Positions 28,023 to 37,372 of a stretch of DNA of 64,000 nt are shown here, piece by piece (position 1 is the first letter of the stretch; each line of letters begins with the position of its first letter). The position numbers and the translations under genes were made by a program. Source of the DNA: Bacteroidales bacterium (lineage in GTDB: Bacteria; Bacteroidota; Bacteroidia; Bacteroidales; FEN-979). The stretch is from NCBI GenBank assembly GCA_030681475.1, contig JAUXWT010000061.1, positions 6,610 to 70,609 on the forward strand. The letters are read 5' to 3'. The notes beneath the pieces are model-generated. The model was not told the DNA's origin. It saw only the letters and a program-made list of their open reading frames with translations, and ran no database searches.

Positions 28023-28036
28023 CCGTTTAGAAATAT

Positions 28037-28059
28037 TGACGAATTACGAATTACGATTG
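28037..28059 (+). repeat. Short 7-bp tandem repeat (TTACGAA-like)x3
   Basis: ttgacgaa ttacgaa ttacgatt; same family as 10805-10833. Confidence 0.6.
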
Positions 28060-28066
28060 TCCTCCC

Positions 28067-28738
28067 ATGGTGAAACCTTTCAGTTTTATTTTCTTTATCC
28101 TGGCGCTTGGATTACTTTGCCCGTCCGTTTTGCATGCCCAGCGTATCCTTGGGGCAGTGAGTCTTGGAATGAATATTACACAGGTGGATGGGGATGAATT
28201 TATCGGATATCATAAGATTGGGCTCCATGTAGGCCCGATGGTTGCCATTCCGTTTGGTAAGAATAGAAACTGGTCGGTAAGCATGGAGCTGCTATACAGC
28301 CAAAAAGGGAGTAATCACAGCGGGTCAACAGATTCAACGGGCTTCAGGCTGGTTCAGGATTATGCTGAAATTCCGCTTTTGATTCATTATACAGATAAAA
28401 AACTGATTTCCGGTGGATTGGGTGTCTCTTATGGCCAGTTGATTAATTATAAAGAGACGAAAAATAACTTCTTCGACAGCATATTTTTTTATCAGACAGG
28501 ACTTTCAAATAATGACATATCCATCGTTGCTGATGTACAAATCCGGATGTGGAACAAGTTATGGGCAGGGGTTCGTTACCAGTATTCCATGAAAAGCAAC
28601 CGGACGGTATTGGTCAAAGATCCCGGAACCTATCCGAGACTGGAGTACACCCGATACCAGTATAACAATGTGATCACCATCCGGTTAACTTGGGTATTCA
28701 ACCAGGAAAAAATTTCAAAACTCCCAAAGAAAAACTGA
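28067..28738 (+). CDS. Outer-membrane beta-barrel protein (porin/PorT-like family)
   Basis: Signal peptide, QVDGD, ELLYSQKG, YAEIPLL, alternating beta strands. Confidence 0.75.
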   Translation: MVKPFSFIFFILALGLLCPSVLHAQRILGAVSLGMNITQVDGDEFIGYHKIGLHVGPMVAIPFGKNRNWSVSMELLYSQKGSNHSGSTDSTGFRLVQDYAEIPLLIHYTDKKLISGGLGVSYGQLINYKETKNNFFDSIFFYQTGLSNNDISIVADVQIRMWNKLWAGVRYQYSMKSNRTVLVKDPGTYPRLEYTRYQYNNVITIRLTWVFNQEKISKLPKKN

Positions 28739-28820
28739 CCCCACCCTAAATCCCTCCCCAAAAAGGGAGGGACTTACTCCCCCTTCCCTTTTTGGGGAAG
28801 GGGGTCAGGGGGGATGGGGT
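28738..28820. repeat. GC-rich composite palindrome (two inner hairpins within an outer stem) between convergent genes
   Basis: ACCCCACCC..TCCCTCCC-caaaaa-GGGAGGGA..CCCCCTTCCC-ttttt-GGGGAAGGGGG..GGGATGGGGT. Confidence 0.8.
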
Positions 28821-28827
28821 AGTACCT

Positions 28828-29637
28828 TCAAATGACCCTTTTAATCAACCGCAATTTATGCGTATATTTTTGCAATTTCGCATTGTAGATCCCCTCGTGG
28901 TCAATGGTGTCAACCCGTACATGCCCTGAACAATGAACGACGTTGTAACGGTCAAGTAGCATTCCAACATGGGTGATTTTTTCCTCAACATCATCGAAAA
29001 ACACCAGGTCACATGGCTCTGCCTCACCCAGCAGGCTGATCACCTCTCCCTGTGTTGCTTGTTGTGAAGCATCGCGCATAAGGTGAAAACCCTGGAGTTT
29101 GAATACCATTTGTATTAAGCCGGAACAATCTATTCCCATCGGTGTCCGGCCACCCCACAAATAAGGGGCGTTCAGGTACAACCTGGTACCCTCAATCAGT
29201 TGTTGCTTTAATTGCATGACATCCTGATTGCTGCGCTTTGTTTCGTGAAGGATCGCCCCGGAGACAGTTCCCTCATACAAATAAACATCCTGGCCAATCC
29301 GTAACCGAGATGCCTCCAAAGCAGGAAGAGAACTTCCGATCACCACAGGAATCATCGACATATCGTTTTCATGCGACAGGAGTTGAATCAGATCCATGGT
29401 TATATAAGTTTCTGACACGGAAAGACGCAAAAATTCCTGGTCACCGATGCAGTGAACCTGCAGTATATCGATCCATCCTTCATAGTTATCAAATAACTGC
29501 CTGATCCTACACCAGGATTCCTCCTTTTCAGTGACAAGATAAAGTTCGCCGAACAAGACCTGCGAAACCATTTCAGACTTATGCGACGGTTCAGCCCTTA
29601 CCGGTACCACACTGTGAAGACAAATGCCATATTCCAT
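28828..29637 (-). CDS. NlpC/P60 (C40) peptidase with N-terminal SH3-like domain
   Basis: SEMVSQVLFGE, PYLWGG..GIDCSGL, RDASQQ, ITHVG. Confidence 0.92.
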   Translation of the reverse strand: MEYGICLHSVVPVRAEPSHKSEMVSQVLFGELYLVTEKEESWCRIRQLFDNYEGWIDILQVHCIGDQEFLRLSVSETYITMDLIQLLSHENDMSMIPVVIGSSLPALEASRLRIGQDVYLYEGTVSGAILHETKRSNQDVMQLKQQLIEGTRLYLNAPYLWGGRTPMGIDCSGLIQMVFKLQGFHLMRDASQQATQGEVISLLGEAEPCDLVFFDDVEEKITHVGMLLDRYNVVHCSGHVRVDTIDHEGIYNAKLQKYTHKLRLIKRVI

Positions 29638-29668
29638 TGTATGTCGGTTTTTGTGAGGTCAAATATAT

Positions 29669-29716
29669 GAACAAGTGGGCAGGTGGGCAAGTGGGCAAGT
29701 GGACAAGCGGACGAGC
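29669..29716 (+). repeat. 8-bp tandem repeat (GGRCAAGT-like)x6
   Basis: gaacaagt gggcaggt gggcaagt gggcaagt ggacaagc ggacgagc. Confidence 0.88.
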
Positions 29717-29730
29717 TAAACGCTTTCGTC

Positions 29731-29892
29731 TTACTTCCTTTGTTCCATGTTTTGTTTCAGTTCTTCCAGCTTGCACCCGCTGCATCCGTGGCACTTTGAA
29801 GCCGGTGTCATGAAAAACCGGATCACCCGGATGACGGTCGCCAGCGATGCTGCAAAGATGATTGATCCAACGATTATTAATTGCCAAATCAT
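29731..29892 (-). CDS. FeoB-associated Cys-rich small membrane protein (53 aa)
   Basis: Below the ORF-track cutoff. Manual translation: MIWQLIIVGSIIFAASLATVIRVIRFFMTPASKCHGCSGCKLEELKQNMEQRK. Starts 1 bp after the feoB stop. Confidence 0.85.
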   Translation of the reverse strand: MIWQLIIVGSIIFAASLATVIRVIRFFMTPASKCHGCSGCKLEELKQNMEQRK

Positions 29893-29893
29893 A

Positions 29894-32299
29894 TCAGAAA
29901 AAAATTAAACTGCCGATCTGAAACACGGCAAACGATAAAAGCCAGGCAAGTATTGTGGTATAAACGATCAGGAAGAGCGCCCACTTCCAGCTTCCCGATT
30001 CCCGATTCACGGTTGCTACTACAGCTACACATGGCATATAAATAAGAATGAACAGCAGGTATGAAACTCCGACCAGTGGAGTAAAGAGCCTTTGCCCGAA
30101 TCGGGGGCCATCCTTGTGGGTTGCCTGCTGTAACTGTACCCCGAGTGTTTGTGGATTACCTTTTTCCTGAATGTGGTCAGTGCCAAATAGAACGCCCATC
30201 GTACTGACTACAACCTCTTTAGCTGCAGCGCCCGTGATCAGGCTCACGCCCATGCGCCAGTCAAAACCAAGTGGTGCGATCACCGGTTCAAAGGTTTTAC
30301 CGATTTTTGCGATATATGAATTTTGCAGCCTTTCATCAGGGTTGACAGAATTTCCACCGGGGAAATATTCAAGCGCCCAGATCAGGATTACCGCAATGAG
30401 GATGATGCCTCCCATTTTACTCAGGTATTGTTTGCCTTTTTCCCACATGTGCCGCATGATAACAATGAACGTTGGCATGCGATAAGGGGGCAGCTCCATT
30501 ACGAATGGCGCTTCCTTACTTTTAAACAGGAATTTTTTAAAGACTAAGGAGATCAGGATGGCCAGGATGATCCCAGTCATATAAAGCCCGAAAATAACCG
30601 ATCCGGCATGGTCAGGGAACACTGCGCCGGCAATCAGAATATAGACCGGTAACCTTGCACTGCACGACATAAAAGGGTTGATCAGCATCGTAAGTAACCG
30701 GTCATTTCTGTCCTTCAAAGTCCTGGTAACCATGATGGCAGGTACATTGCAACCAAAGCCCATGATAAGTGGTATGAAGGATTGTCCGTGCAAGCCGATT
30801 TTATGCATCAGTTTATCCATGATGAAAGCGGCCCTCGCCATATATCCGGTATCTTCCATGAGTGAGATAAAGAAGAAGAGGATTAATATATTGGGAAGGA
30901 AAACAATGATGCTTCCGACTCCGTTAATGATCCCATTAACCAGCAAATCTTCGAGCGGGCCAACCGGAAGAGCAGCGGTGATCTGTCCCCCCGTCCACGC
31001 TACCGCCAGATCAATCCAGTGTTTGGGAATTTCACCCAGGATGAATGTGGATTGGAACATTACCCAGAGAAAAAAAATAAAAACTGGGAATCCAAGTATT
31101 CTGTGTGTAAGAATAGCGTCAATTTGGTCGCTGGCGGGTTTAGAGAAGTCAACCTTCTCCACCGTATGCAACGTCTCTTTTAATGCGCCGGCAACGAAAC
31201 CGTATTTGGCGTCTGTGGCCAATGTTGAAGAATCTTCTTTGTAGTCTGTCTCCAGTCGTTGGATCTCCTTATCAGAAATATCCAGTATGGCCTGGAAATG
31301 GTTTGAGGACTTGATAGAGGCCAGTACCGCAGAATCTTTTTCAAGCAGTTTGATGCTGTAAAATCTTGAGGAGATTCGGTCAGTCAATGATTTATCCATC
31401 CAGATCGCCTCCTGGATTTTCCGGATGGATCTTTCAAGCTCAGTACCATAATTGATATGAACATGACGTATAACCGGATCCCGGTCTTCGAACACCTCAA
31501 TGAGCCGGGCGAAAAGATCAGGGATCCCTGTCCCTTTAGAGCTTATGGTCGGAATGACCGGAATCCCAAGAAGTTTTCCAAGAGCCTTGTGGTCAAGTTG
31601 ATTTCCGGTTTTTTTAAATTCATCGAACATGTTCAGGGCGATCACCACCCTGATATCCATATCAATAAGCTGTGTTGTCAGATAAAGGTTACGTTCGAGA
31701 TTGGATGCATCCACCACATTGACGACGATGTCGGGGATGTTTTCGGTAATGTGTTTCCTGACAAAAAGTTCTTCCGGTGAATAGGCTGTTAAAGAATAGG
31801 TTCCCGGAAGATCAGTGATGTTAAAAGTGTATCCTGCATGTTTGAATTTAGCGACTTTCAAATCAACCGTAACCCCGCTGAAATTACCAACTCTTTCATG
31901 CGAACCGGAGGCAACATTGAACAAGGTTGTTTTTCCGCAATTGGGATTCCCGACAAGGGCAATGTCGATGATTTTTCCCCGGTCACCGTTATCATCCCGG
32001 CTTGATTGCTCTTCGATGGTTCCACTGTAACCATAAATTTCAGGAGCGGAAAATTCACCGATTCCATGATCATCAGTGGGGATGATCTCGATCAACTTTG
32101 CTTCACTCTGCCGCAATGATACGTGGTATCCGATAATTTTATACTGGATGGGATCCTGCAACGGAGCAGCCTTAACCACGGTTACTTCCCTTCCTTTTAC
32201 AAAGCCCATCTCCGTGATCCGTTTGCGGAACGATCCCCTGCCTTTCACCTTCGTGATCAAGCCCGATTCACCTTGTTTTAGTTCAAATAGGGTAGCCAA
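29894..32299 (-). CDS. feoB: Ferrous iron transporter FeoB with fused N-terminal FeoA domain
   Basis: FeoA-like RITEMGF..APLQDP; GNPNCGKT, DLPGTYSL, GFGCNVPA, FMSCSARLP, FVMELPPYR. Confidence 0.95.
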   Translation of the reverse strand: MATLFELKQGESGLITKVKGRGSFRKRITEMGFVKGREVTVVKAAPLQDPIQYKIIGYHVSLRQSEAKLIEIIPTDDHGIGEFSAPEIYGYSGTIEEQSSRDDNGDRGKIIDIALVGNPNCGKTTLFNVASGSHERVGNFSGVTVDLKVAKFKHAGYTFNITDLPGTYSLTAYSPEELFVRKHITENIPDIVVNVVDASNLERNLYLTTQLIDMDIRVVIALNMFDEFKKTGNQLDHKALGKLLGIPVIPTISSKGTGIPDLFARLIEVFEDRDPVIRHVHINYGTELERSIRKIQEAIWMDKSLTDRISSRFYSIKLLEKDSAVLASIKSSNHFQAILDISDKEIQRLETDYKEDSSTLATDAKYGFVAGALKETLHTVEKVDFSKPASDQIDAILTHRILGFPVFIFFLWVMFQSTFILGEIPKHWIDLAVAWTGGQITAALPVGPLEDLLVNGIINGVGSIIVFLPNILILFFFISLMEDTGYMARAAFIMDKLMHKIGLHGQSFIPLIMGFGCNVPAIMVTRTLKDRNDRLLTMLINPFMSCSARLPVYILIAGAVFPDHAGSVIFGLYMTGIILAILISLVFKKFLFKSKEAPFVMELPPYRMPTFIVIMRHMWEKGKQYLSKMGGIILIAVILIWALEYFPGGNSVNPDERLQNSYIAKIGKTFEPVIAPLGFDWRMGVSLITGAAAKEVVVSTMGVLFGTDHIQEKGNPQTLGVQLQQATHKDGPRFGQRLFTPLVGVSYLLFILIYMPCVAVVATVNRESGSWKWALFLIVYTTILAWLLSFAVFQIGSLIFF

Positions 32300-32302
32300 T
32301 TA

Positions 32303-32328
32303 ATTTAGATTGAATTAATGCAAAGTTA
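32303..32328 (-). promoter_or_regulatory. feoB -7 element with an adjacent AT-rich imperfect palindrome (possible metal-repressor site)
   Basis: TAACTTTG (32321-32328) and ATTAATTCAATCTAAAT between it and the TTG start. Confidence 0.4.
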
Positions 32329-32402
32329 AGGAAAAATAGCGCTCAACTTCATGATGGAGCTTTATTTATTTATTCAATCGTGGCCTTTGGTAGAATAATA
32401 AA

Positions 32403-33026
32403 TTAAGGATTTGTATGAATACTTGCGAGGTAAAGTGAAGCCTCAGGTCCGAGGTTAAAGATCACATCGAGAATACTGAGCCCCGGAATGAACCCGTGAC
32501 TGGTTTCAAAAACCTGTGTATAACCTGGATATTTTGTTTGTTTACCGGACAATTTGACGCCGAGAATGGTTCGCAAATCTATCTCATAATCAGGATGTTT
32601 TTCAAAAATTTGCGTAAATCTGACGGGTTGGCTGGCGTTAAGAATTTTTAAAATTATAAACAAAATCTCGGTGTTCATGTCAAGAAGATGCCTGAATTTT
32701 TTATGGTAAAGGTGGGCAATCTGATCCTGATAATAAAGAAAAAACGGCGAATTGTTGTACGCCGTTTCTATGGAACGCCAATGAATTTTCTGCCATGGCT
32801 GATGTGCAGAGATCAGCACATCTTTTGTAAGTGTATGGTTCCCGTTAACCTTGATTACCGGGATAGTCAATTTTTGTTTCCCATTAGGACCAAAAATGGT
32901 GCAATGGTTCCGGCAGGTTTGCTTCGTATAAGTCTCAAATGCTTCGATCACAATTTCATCTGCCTTTATGGCTTCAGCCATGTAGTTGACAGATGGCAGG
33001 TAGGCCGTTGGAAGCAGGACAAGCAT
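32403..33026 (-). CDS. WbqC-family protein
   Basis: YTKQTCRNHC, LTIPV, HWRSIETAY..SPFF, LSILDVIFNLGP; TAATG overlap with trxA. Confidence 0.88.
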   Translation of the reverse strand: MLVLLPTAYLPSVNYMAEAIKADEIVIEAFETYTKQTCRNHCTIFGPNGKQKLTIPVIKVNGNHTLTKDVLISAHQPWQKIHWRSIETAYNNSPFFLYYQDQIAHLYHKKFRHLLDMNTEILFIILKILNASQPVRFTQIFEKHPDYEIDLRTILGVKLSGKQTKYPGYTQVFETSHGFIPGLSILDVIFNLGPEASLYLASIHTNP

Positions 33027-33388
33027 TAATTAACCTTTTTCAACAACACATCGCTGATGGCTTTTTTGAGCGAATCTTTTGGCAAGGCGCCAACCGACAT
33101 CTGGGGTTGTTCTTTCATTGGAACGAACAGCATAGAGGGGATGCTGCGGATACCGAATGCGCCAGCCAATTCCTGTTCTGCCTCAGTATCAACTTTGTAA
33201 ATGTTGATTTTACCGGAATATTCAATGGCAAGCTCTTCAAGTACAGGGGCTACCATCTTGCATGGGCCACACCAGTCGGCATAAAAATCAATAATGCAGG
33301 GGATCGTCCCCTCGTATTTCCACTCCTTGTTTGTTTCGAAATTAAAGACCTTCTCCTGGAAGGATTCTTTTGTTAAATGTTCTACCAT
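33026..33388 (-). CDS. trxA: Thioredoxin
   Basis: DFYADWCGPC, IRSIPS. Confidence 0.93.
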   Translation of the reverse strand: MVEHLTKESFQEKVFNFETNKEWKYEGTIPCIIDFYADWCGPCKMVAPVLEELAIEYSGKINIYKVDTEAEQELAGAFGIRSIPSMLFVPMKEQPQMSVGALPKDSLKKAISDVLLKKVN

Positions 33389-33442
33389 TTTATATCAATT
33401 TTAAAATTAAAAATAAACTCCAACTTTGTACATCTTTTCTTT

Positions 33443-33478
33443 CCACACGTCCACTTGTCCACTTGTCCACTTGTCCCC
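33443..33478 (+). repeat. 8-bp tandem repeat (CCACTTGT)x4.5, reverse complement of the 29669 family
   Basis: ccacacgt ccacttgt ccacttgt ccacttgt cccc; abuts the stop codon of the thioredoxin lipoprotein. Confidence 0.9.
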
Positions 33479-33960
33479 TAGTTTACCACCAACACATTTC
33501 TGATCATCTCAACATATGCCTCCTTCTGCATCGCACCAACCGACATCTGCGGTTTTCCGTTTTTGGGGATGAACAACACAGCCGGGATTGAATTTATATT
33601 GAATAATCCGGCCAGTTCTTTTTGCTCATCGGTGTTGACCTTATAGATTCTGACTTTTCCATTATACTCTTTGGAGAGTTCATCCATGATCGGTGCAACG
33701 AGTCTGCAAGGTTTGCACCAGTCAGCATAAAAATCAATAATAACCGGCTGATCGCCGCTGAATACCCATTCTTTCGGGTTTGATTTGTAATCCCAAACGA
33801 GTTTTTGGAATGCATCTGCAGTAAGTTTATTTACTTGCCCGTCAGTAATTTCTTTTGCGCCGATGTTTTCATTGCCGCTGTTGGTTTCATTTGCTGTGCC
33901 GCTACAGGCAGTGAAAGTAAATGGAATAAGAAATAAAAGGGCGAACGTAAGTTTTTTCAT
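33478..33960 (-). CDS. Thioredoxin-family lipoprotein
   Basis: Lipobox-like FTAC, DFYADWCKPC. Confidence 0.88.
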   Translation of the reverse strand: MKKLTFALLFLIPFTFTACSGTANETNSGNENIGAKEITDGQVNKLTADAFQKLVWDYKSNPKEWVFSGDQPVIIDFYADWCKPCRLVAPIMDELSKEYNGKVRIYKVNTDEQKELAGLFNINSIPAVLFIPKNGKPQMSVGAMQKEAYVEMIRNVLVVN

Positions 33961-33983
33961 GGTTTAGTTTTTTAATGACGCTG

Positions 33984-34043
33984 CAAAGATAAAAACAATT
34001 TTTTAATTAAATCGCATAAATATCACTATTTTTTTTAACTTTG
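33984..34043. promoter_or_regulatory. Divergent -7 promoter elements
   Basis: TATCTTTG (minus, 33984-33991) and TAACTTTG (plus, 34036-34043). Confidence 0.55.
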
Positions 34044-34064
34044 CATTAAAATAAATTTTAAATT

Positions 34065-34472
34065 ATGTCTATAACCTTCAAACAACTTGATATTAAGGGA
34101 CTATCAGAATTATTTTCTGAGGAGGCAGATTGTTTGAAATTTCTTGCTGAAAAGAAGTGGGCGTCTGGTTTTGTATGTAACAGGTGTGGAAACACTAATT
34201 ATTGCAATGGAAAAACGTTATATTCACGCCGTTGTACCCGTTGTAAATCCGAAGAATCCGCTACCGCTCATACAATTTTTCACCGGTGCCATATTCCTAT
34301 TACAGAGGCATTTCGCATCGTATATTTGGTGTGTCATGACCCTTCCGTATCTACTTATGAACTGTCACGCCTAACCGACCTTCGACAGATGACATGCTGG
34401 AAATTGAAAAATCGCCTGAACGATTGTATTAAAAACCGTGGGGAGATAGATATCCTTTATAACGAAAAATGA
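34065..34472 (+). CDS. Stand-alone IS1595-type zinc-ribbon/HTH protein lacking a DDE domain
   Basis: CLKFLAEKKW..GFVCNRCG...RRCTRCKSEESATAHTIFH...VSTYELSR...TCW; ends at 135 aa. Confidence 0.7.
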   Translation: MSITFKQLDIKGLSELFSEEADCLKFLAEKKWASGFVCNRCGNTNYCNGKTLYSRRCTRCKSEESATAHTIFHRCHIPITEAFRIVYLVCHDPSVSTYELSRLTDLRQMTCWKLKNRLNDCIKNRGEIDILYNEK

Positions 34473-34545
34473 GGCGTTTTGTGCCGGGATACAGTTGGCC
34501 CATCCGGCGATTTTGCAAAAAAATGGTTATTTTCGTGAATTCAAA

Positions 34546-35808
34546 ATGAAAAAGATGTCAATACTTATAAAAAACATAAAGGAGATCGTTCAGGCAGAAG
34601 ACAACCCGCAACGTATGGTTGCAGGTAAAGCCATGTCACACATAAATACCGTTAAAAACGGATGGATTTTTATCGTAGGCAACAGGATACAGGATTTTGG
34701 AATCATGCCTGTTCCTGATGATATACTCCGGCAACTGGATTCAGGCTCTTCGACCATTGATGCTTCCGGAAAAATGGTCTTTCCGAGCTTTTGCGACGCT
34801 CACACCCATTTGGTGTATGCCGGAAGCCGTGAAATTGAGTATATAGATAAAATAAAGGGATTGAGTTACGAGGAAATCGCAAGACGGGGTGGCGGAATCC
34901 TGAATTCTGCCAAACGGTTACACGATACCGGCGAGGAGGAATTGGTAGCGCAGGCCATGGAGCGCCTGAATGAGATCATGTTGTTTGGTACCGGAGCAGT
35001 TGAAATAAAGAGTGGTTATGGTCTGAATGTGAAAGACGAAATAAAAATACTCAGGGTGATCCGGATACTGAGATCGCTTTCACCGGTTACGATCGTTCCG
35101 ACATTTTTAGGCGCTCATGCAGTACCTGCTGAATATAAAGGCCGTCAAGGTGAGTTTGTCGATATGGTGATCAGTGAAATGATCCCCATGGTTGCGTCAG
35201 AAGGGCTTGCTGATTATATTGATGTTTTTTGTGACCGCGGCTTTTTTACCATCGAAGAGACTGACCGGATATTAGCGGCTGGTGCGAAATATGGGATGCG
35301 TCCCAAGATCCACGCCAATGAACTGGACTATTCAGGAGGTATTCAGGTTGGCGTAAAGCATAATGCCCTTTCAGTTGACCATTTGGAATTTACCGGAGAT
35401 AAAGAAATTGAATGTCTGCTTGGGACTGAAACGATGCCGACAGTATTGCCCGGCGCAGCTTTCTTCCTGGAAATGGTATATGCTCCTGTACGTAAAATGA
35501 TTAATGCCGGTCTTCCTGTTGCTATGGCCAGTGATTTTAATCCTGGTTCATCACCATCAGGAAATATGCAGTTCATCCTCTCAATGGCATGCATCAAATA
35601 CCGGATGTTACCCGAGGAAGCGATCAACGCCGTGACCATCAATGGCGCTTATGCCATGGGTTTGAATGAAGATTATGGCAGCATTGCCCGCGGAAAAGTT
35701 GCCAACCTGTTTATCACAAAACCAATTCCCAACCTGTCATTTATGCCATATGCCTACGGAAGCAACAAAGCCGGGCAGATCATTTTAAACGGTAAGGTGG
35801 TCAATTGA
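34546..35808 (+). CDS. hutI: Imidazolonepropionase
   Basis: DAHTHLVYAG, EIKSGYGL, FLGAHA, DVFCD, KIHANEL, SDFNPGSSP. Start placed at ATG 34546. Confidence 0.94.
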   Translation: MKKMSILIKNIKEIVQAEDNPQRMVAGKAMSHINTVKNGWIFIVGNRIQDFGIMPVPDDILRQLDSGSSTIDASGKMVFPSFCDAHTHLVYAGSREIEYIDKIKGLSYEEIARRGGGILNSAKRLHDTGEEELVAQAMERLNEIMLFGTGAVEIKSGYGLNVKDEIKILRVIRILRSLSPVTIVPTFLGAHAVPAEYKGRQGEFVDMVISEMIPMVASEGLADYIDVFCDRGFFTIEETDRILAAGAKYGMRPKIHANELDYSGGIQVGVKHNALSVDHLEFTGDKEIECLLGTETMPTVLPGAAFFLEMVYAPVRKMINAGLPVAMASDFNPGSSPSGNMQFILSMACIKYRMLPEEAINAVTINGAYAMGLNEDYGSIARGKVANLFITKPIPNLSFMPYAYGSNKAGQIILNGKVVN

Positions 35809-35811
35809 TCG

Positions 35812-37278
35812 TTATTCAATCACTAATTTACCTTTGACAGTTACCTCTTTACCGGTTAACGTATAGATGTACAGTCCGGTTGGCAGGTTTTTTCTTTCAA
35901 TGGTAGAAATGCTGGAATTGATTTTTATGCGAAGAACCTCTTTACCTACAAGGTTGTACAAGACGAACCGGAGATCCTCGGTGATTTTAAAACCGTCAAT
36001 GACTATTTGAGCCTGGTTTTTAAATGGATTCGGTAAAATGCGCACCTGCGAGGAGCCGGCGATGGGGTATTCATCAACATCTAGAATCGGTGAACACTCT
36101 GTGCCGACTGGGTTTCCCCACGTTTCTGACCCCTTTTTAAAATAAACCAGACGATGAAAGTCCTGGGTACTTTGATCATCACGATAATACTCAGTCACAC
36201 CAAGGCCTTCAGAATAGTTGCGATAAAGTAAAACATTTCCGGAAGGAATTAAAAAGCATGAATTGAGGAACCTGTATTTGTCTTCGGTTACTTTCTTCGT
36301 CTGACGGTTATTAAATGCCTTCATATAACGATCAAACTGCGAAGCATAAACGTTCTGGCGTTTAAACTGATCGGGATAACGCAAGATGGTCGAATCGTTG
36401 GCCATTACGGTAAACCTGTATTTAATGGTAATGGTATCGCGCATGTAAACATGGTTGTTTCCGGGGTTGGTAATGGTACTGCGGCAACGGTCGAACTTAT
36501 ATATTACCGAATCATTATTAGCTCCATAGGTAGTTTTTGAAAATACATTCTGGATCTCCTTCCATGTCGTGCTCGTACCGCCGGTAAAAGAGTTGGTATA
36601 TCCTGAAAAGTGAAGAACATCACCGATATTATAATTGTAAACCTCTTTCCAGCCGAATTCCTGAATTCCAATAACCGGTTTCAGTTTCCCCACGATGGTG
36701 TAATGTGTTGTATCGAAAGGAACATTGGTCATGTCAAATGTTCGTGCCAATCCATAATGTTTGCTGAGTTTCAGATAGGTGCCATTCCATGGACTTGTGA
36801 GGAGGGTTCCATCGTTCCTTTTTGCCTGCAGTTCAATTTTCATCATGTCATCCAATACGCCCATGACACTATCCGGGGCAATTGATACTACTTTTGCTTC
36901 AAGAAATGTGCCTGAAGTCAGTTTCACGAACCGCCATGTATCATTCAGCACAGCCTTGGCATTGATATAAATAGTGTCGTTGTCTTTGTTAAAGAAATAA
37001 AACAGATAATTCGCGCTTTCTCTGTAAATTTTTCTGCCGAGGATGGACCCTTTTGTGGTGTCCTTGCATTCTGCAGCGGTATCACGAATGGTTGCAAAAG
37101 AGTAGAAAATCGTATCACCGCTCACTGGTATCGTATAACTTGTTGTTCTATATGCTTTCAGAACATTAGTGTTCATCTTTTTATAAAAAGCCGGACCAGG
37201 AGAGCAGATGTTGGTGTAATTCTGTGCGTTGAGCAAAATCGGCGCGATGAGGAAAAGTGTAAATATAAGTTTTTTCAT
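35812..37278 (-). CDS. T9SS type A CTD protein of unknown function
   Basis: Signal MKKLIF...LNA-Q; C-terminus ILPNPF...YNLVGKEV...LPTGLYIY...KLVIE. Confidence 0.85.
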   Translation of the reverse strand: MKKLIFTLFLIAPILLNAQNYTNICSPGPAFYKKMNTNVLKAYRTTSYTIPVSGDTIFYSFATIRDTAAECKDTTKGSILGRKIYRESANYLFYFFNKDNDTIYINAKAVLNDTWRFVKLTSGTFLEAKVVSIAPDSVMGVLDDMMKIELQAKRNDGTLLTSPWNGTYLKLSKHYGLARTFDMTNVPFDTTHYTIVGKLKPVIGIQEFGWKEVYNYNIGDVLHFSGYTNSFTGGTSTTWKEIQNVFSKTTYGANNDSVIYKFDRCRSTITNPGNNHVYMRDTITIKYRFTVMANDSTILRYPDQFKRQNVYASQFDRYMKAFNNRQTKKVTEDKYRFLNSCFLIPSGNVLLYRNYSEGLGVTEYYRDDQSTQDFHRLVYFKKGSETWGNPVGTECSPILDVDEYPIAGSSQVRILPNPFKNQAQIVIDGFKITEDLRFVLYNLVGKEVLRIKINSSISTIERKNLPTGLYIYTLTGKEVTVKGKLVIE

Positions 37279-37319
37279 ATGGAATGTTTTTTTTTGCAAA
37301 AATAGTCAAAAAATTATAG

Positions 37320-37347
37320 AAAAGACAACCTTCATCGGGGAAGGTTG
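37320..37347 (-). terminator. Intrinsic terminator
   Basis: CAACCTTC/GAAGGTTG stem followed by a U-rich tract on the minus strand. Confidence 0.55.
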
Positions 37348-37372
37348 CCTGATTCTTCAAGTTTTATAAATT

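Noticed and set aside
29591-29887. 98-aa ORF ending in PLVHLPTCPPAHL
   Set aside because: It is an alternative frame reading through an 8-bp repeat. The 53-aa Cys-rich ORF is the credible gene.
34065-34472. Active IS1595-family insertion sequence
   Set aside because: No catalytic domain, terminal inverted repeats or target duplication is visible.
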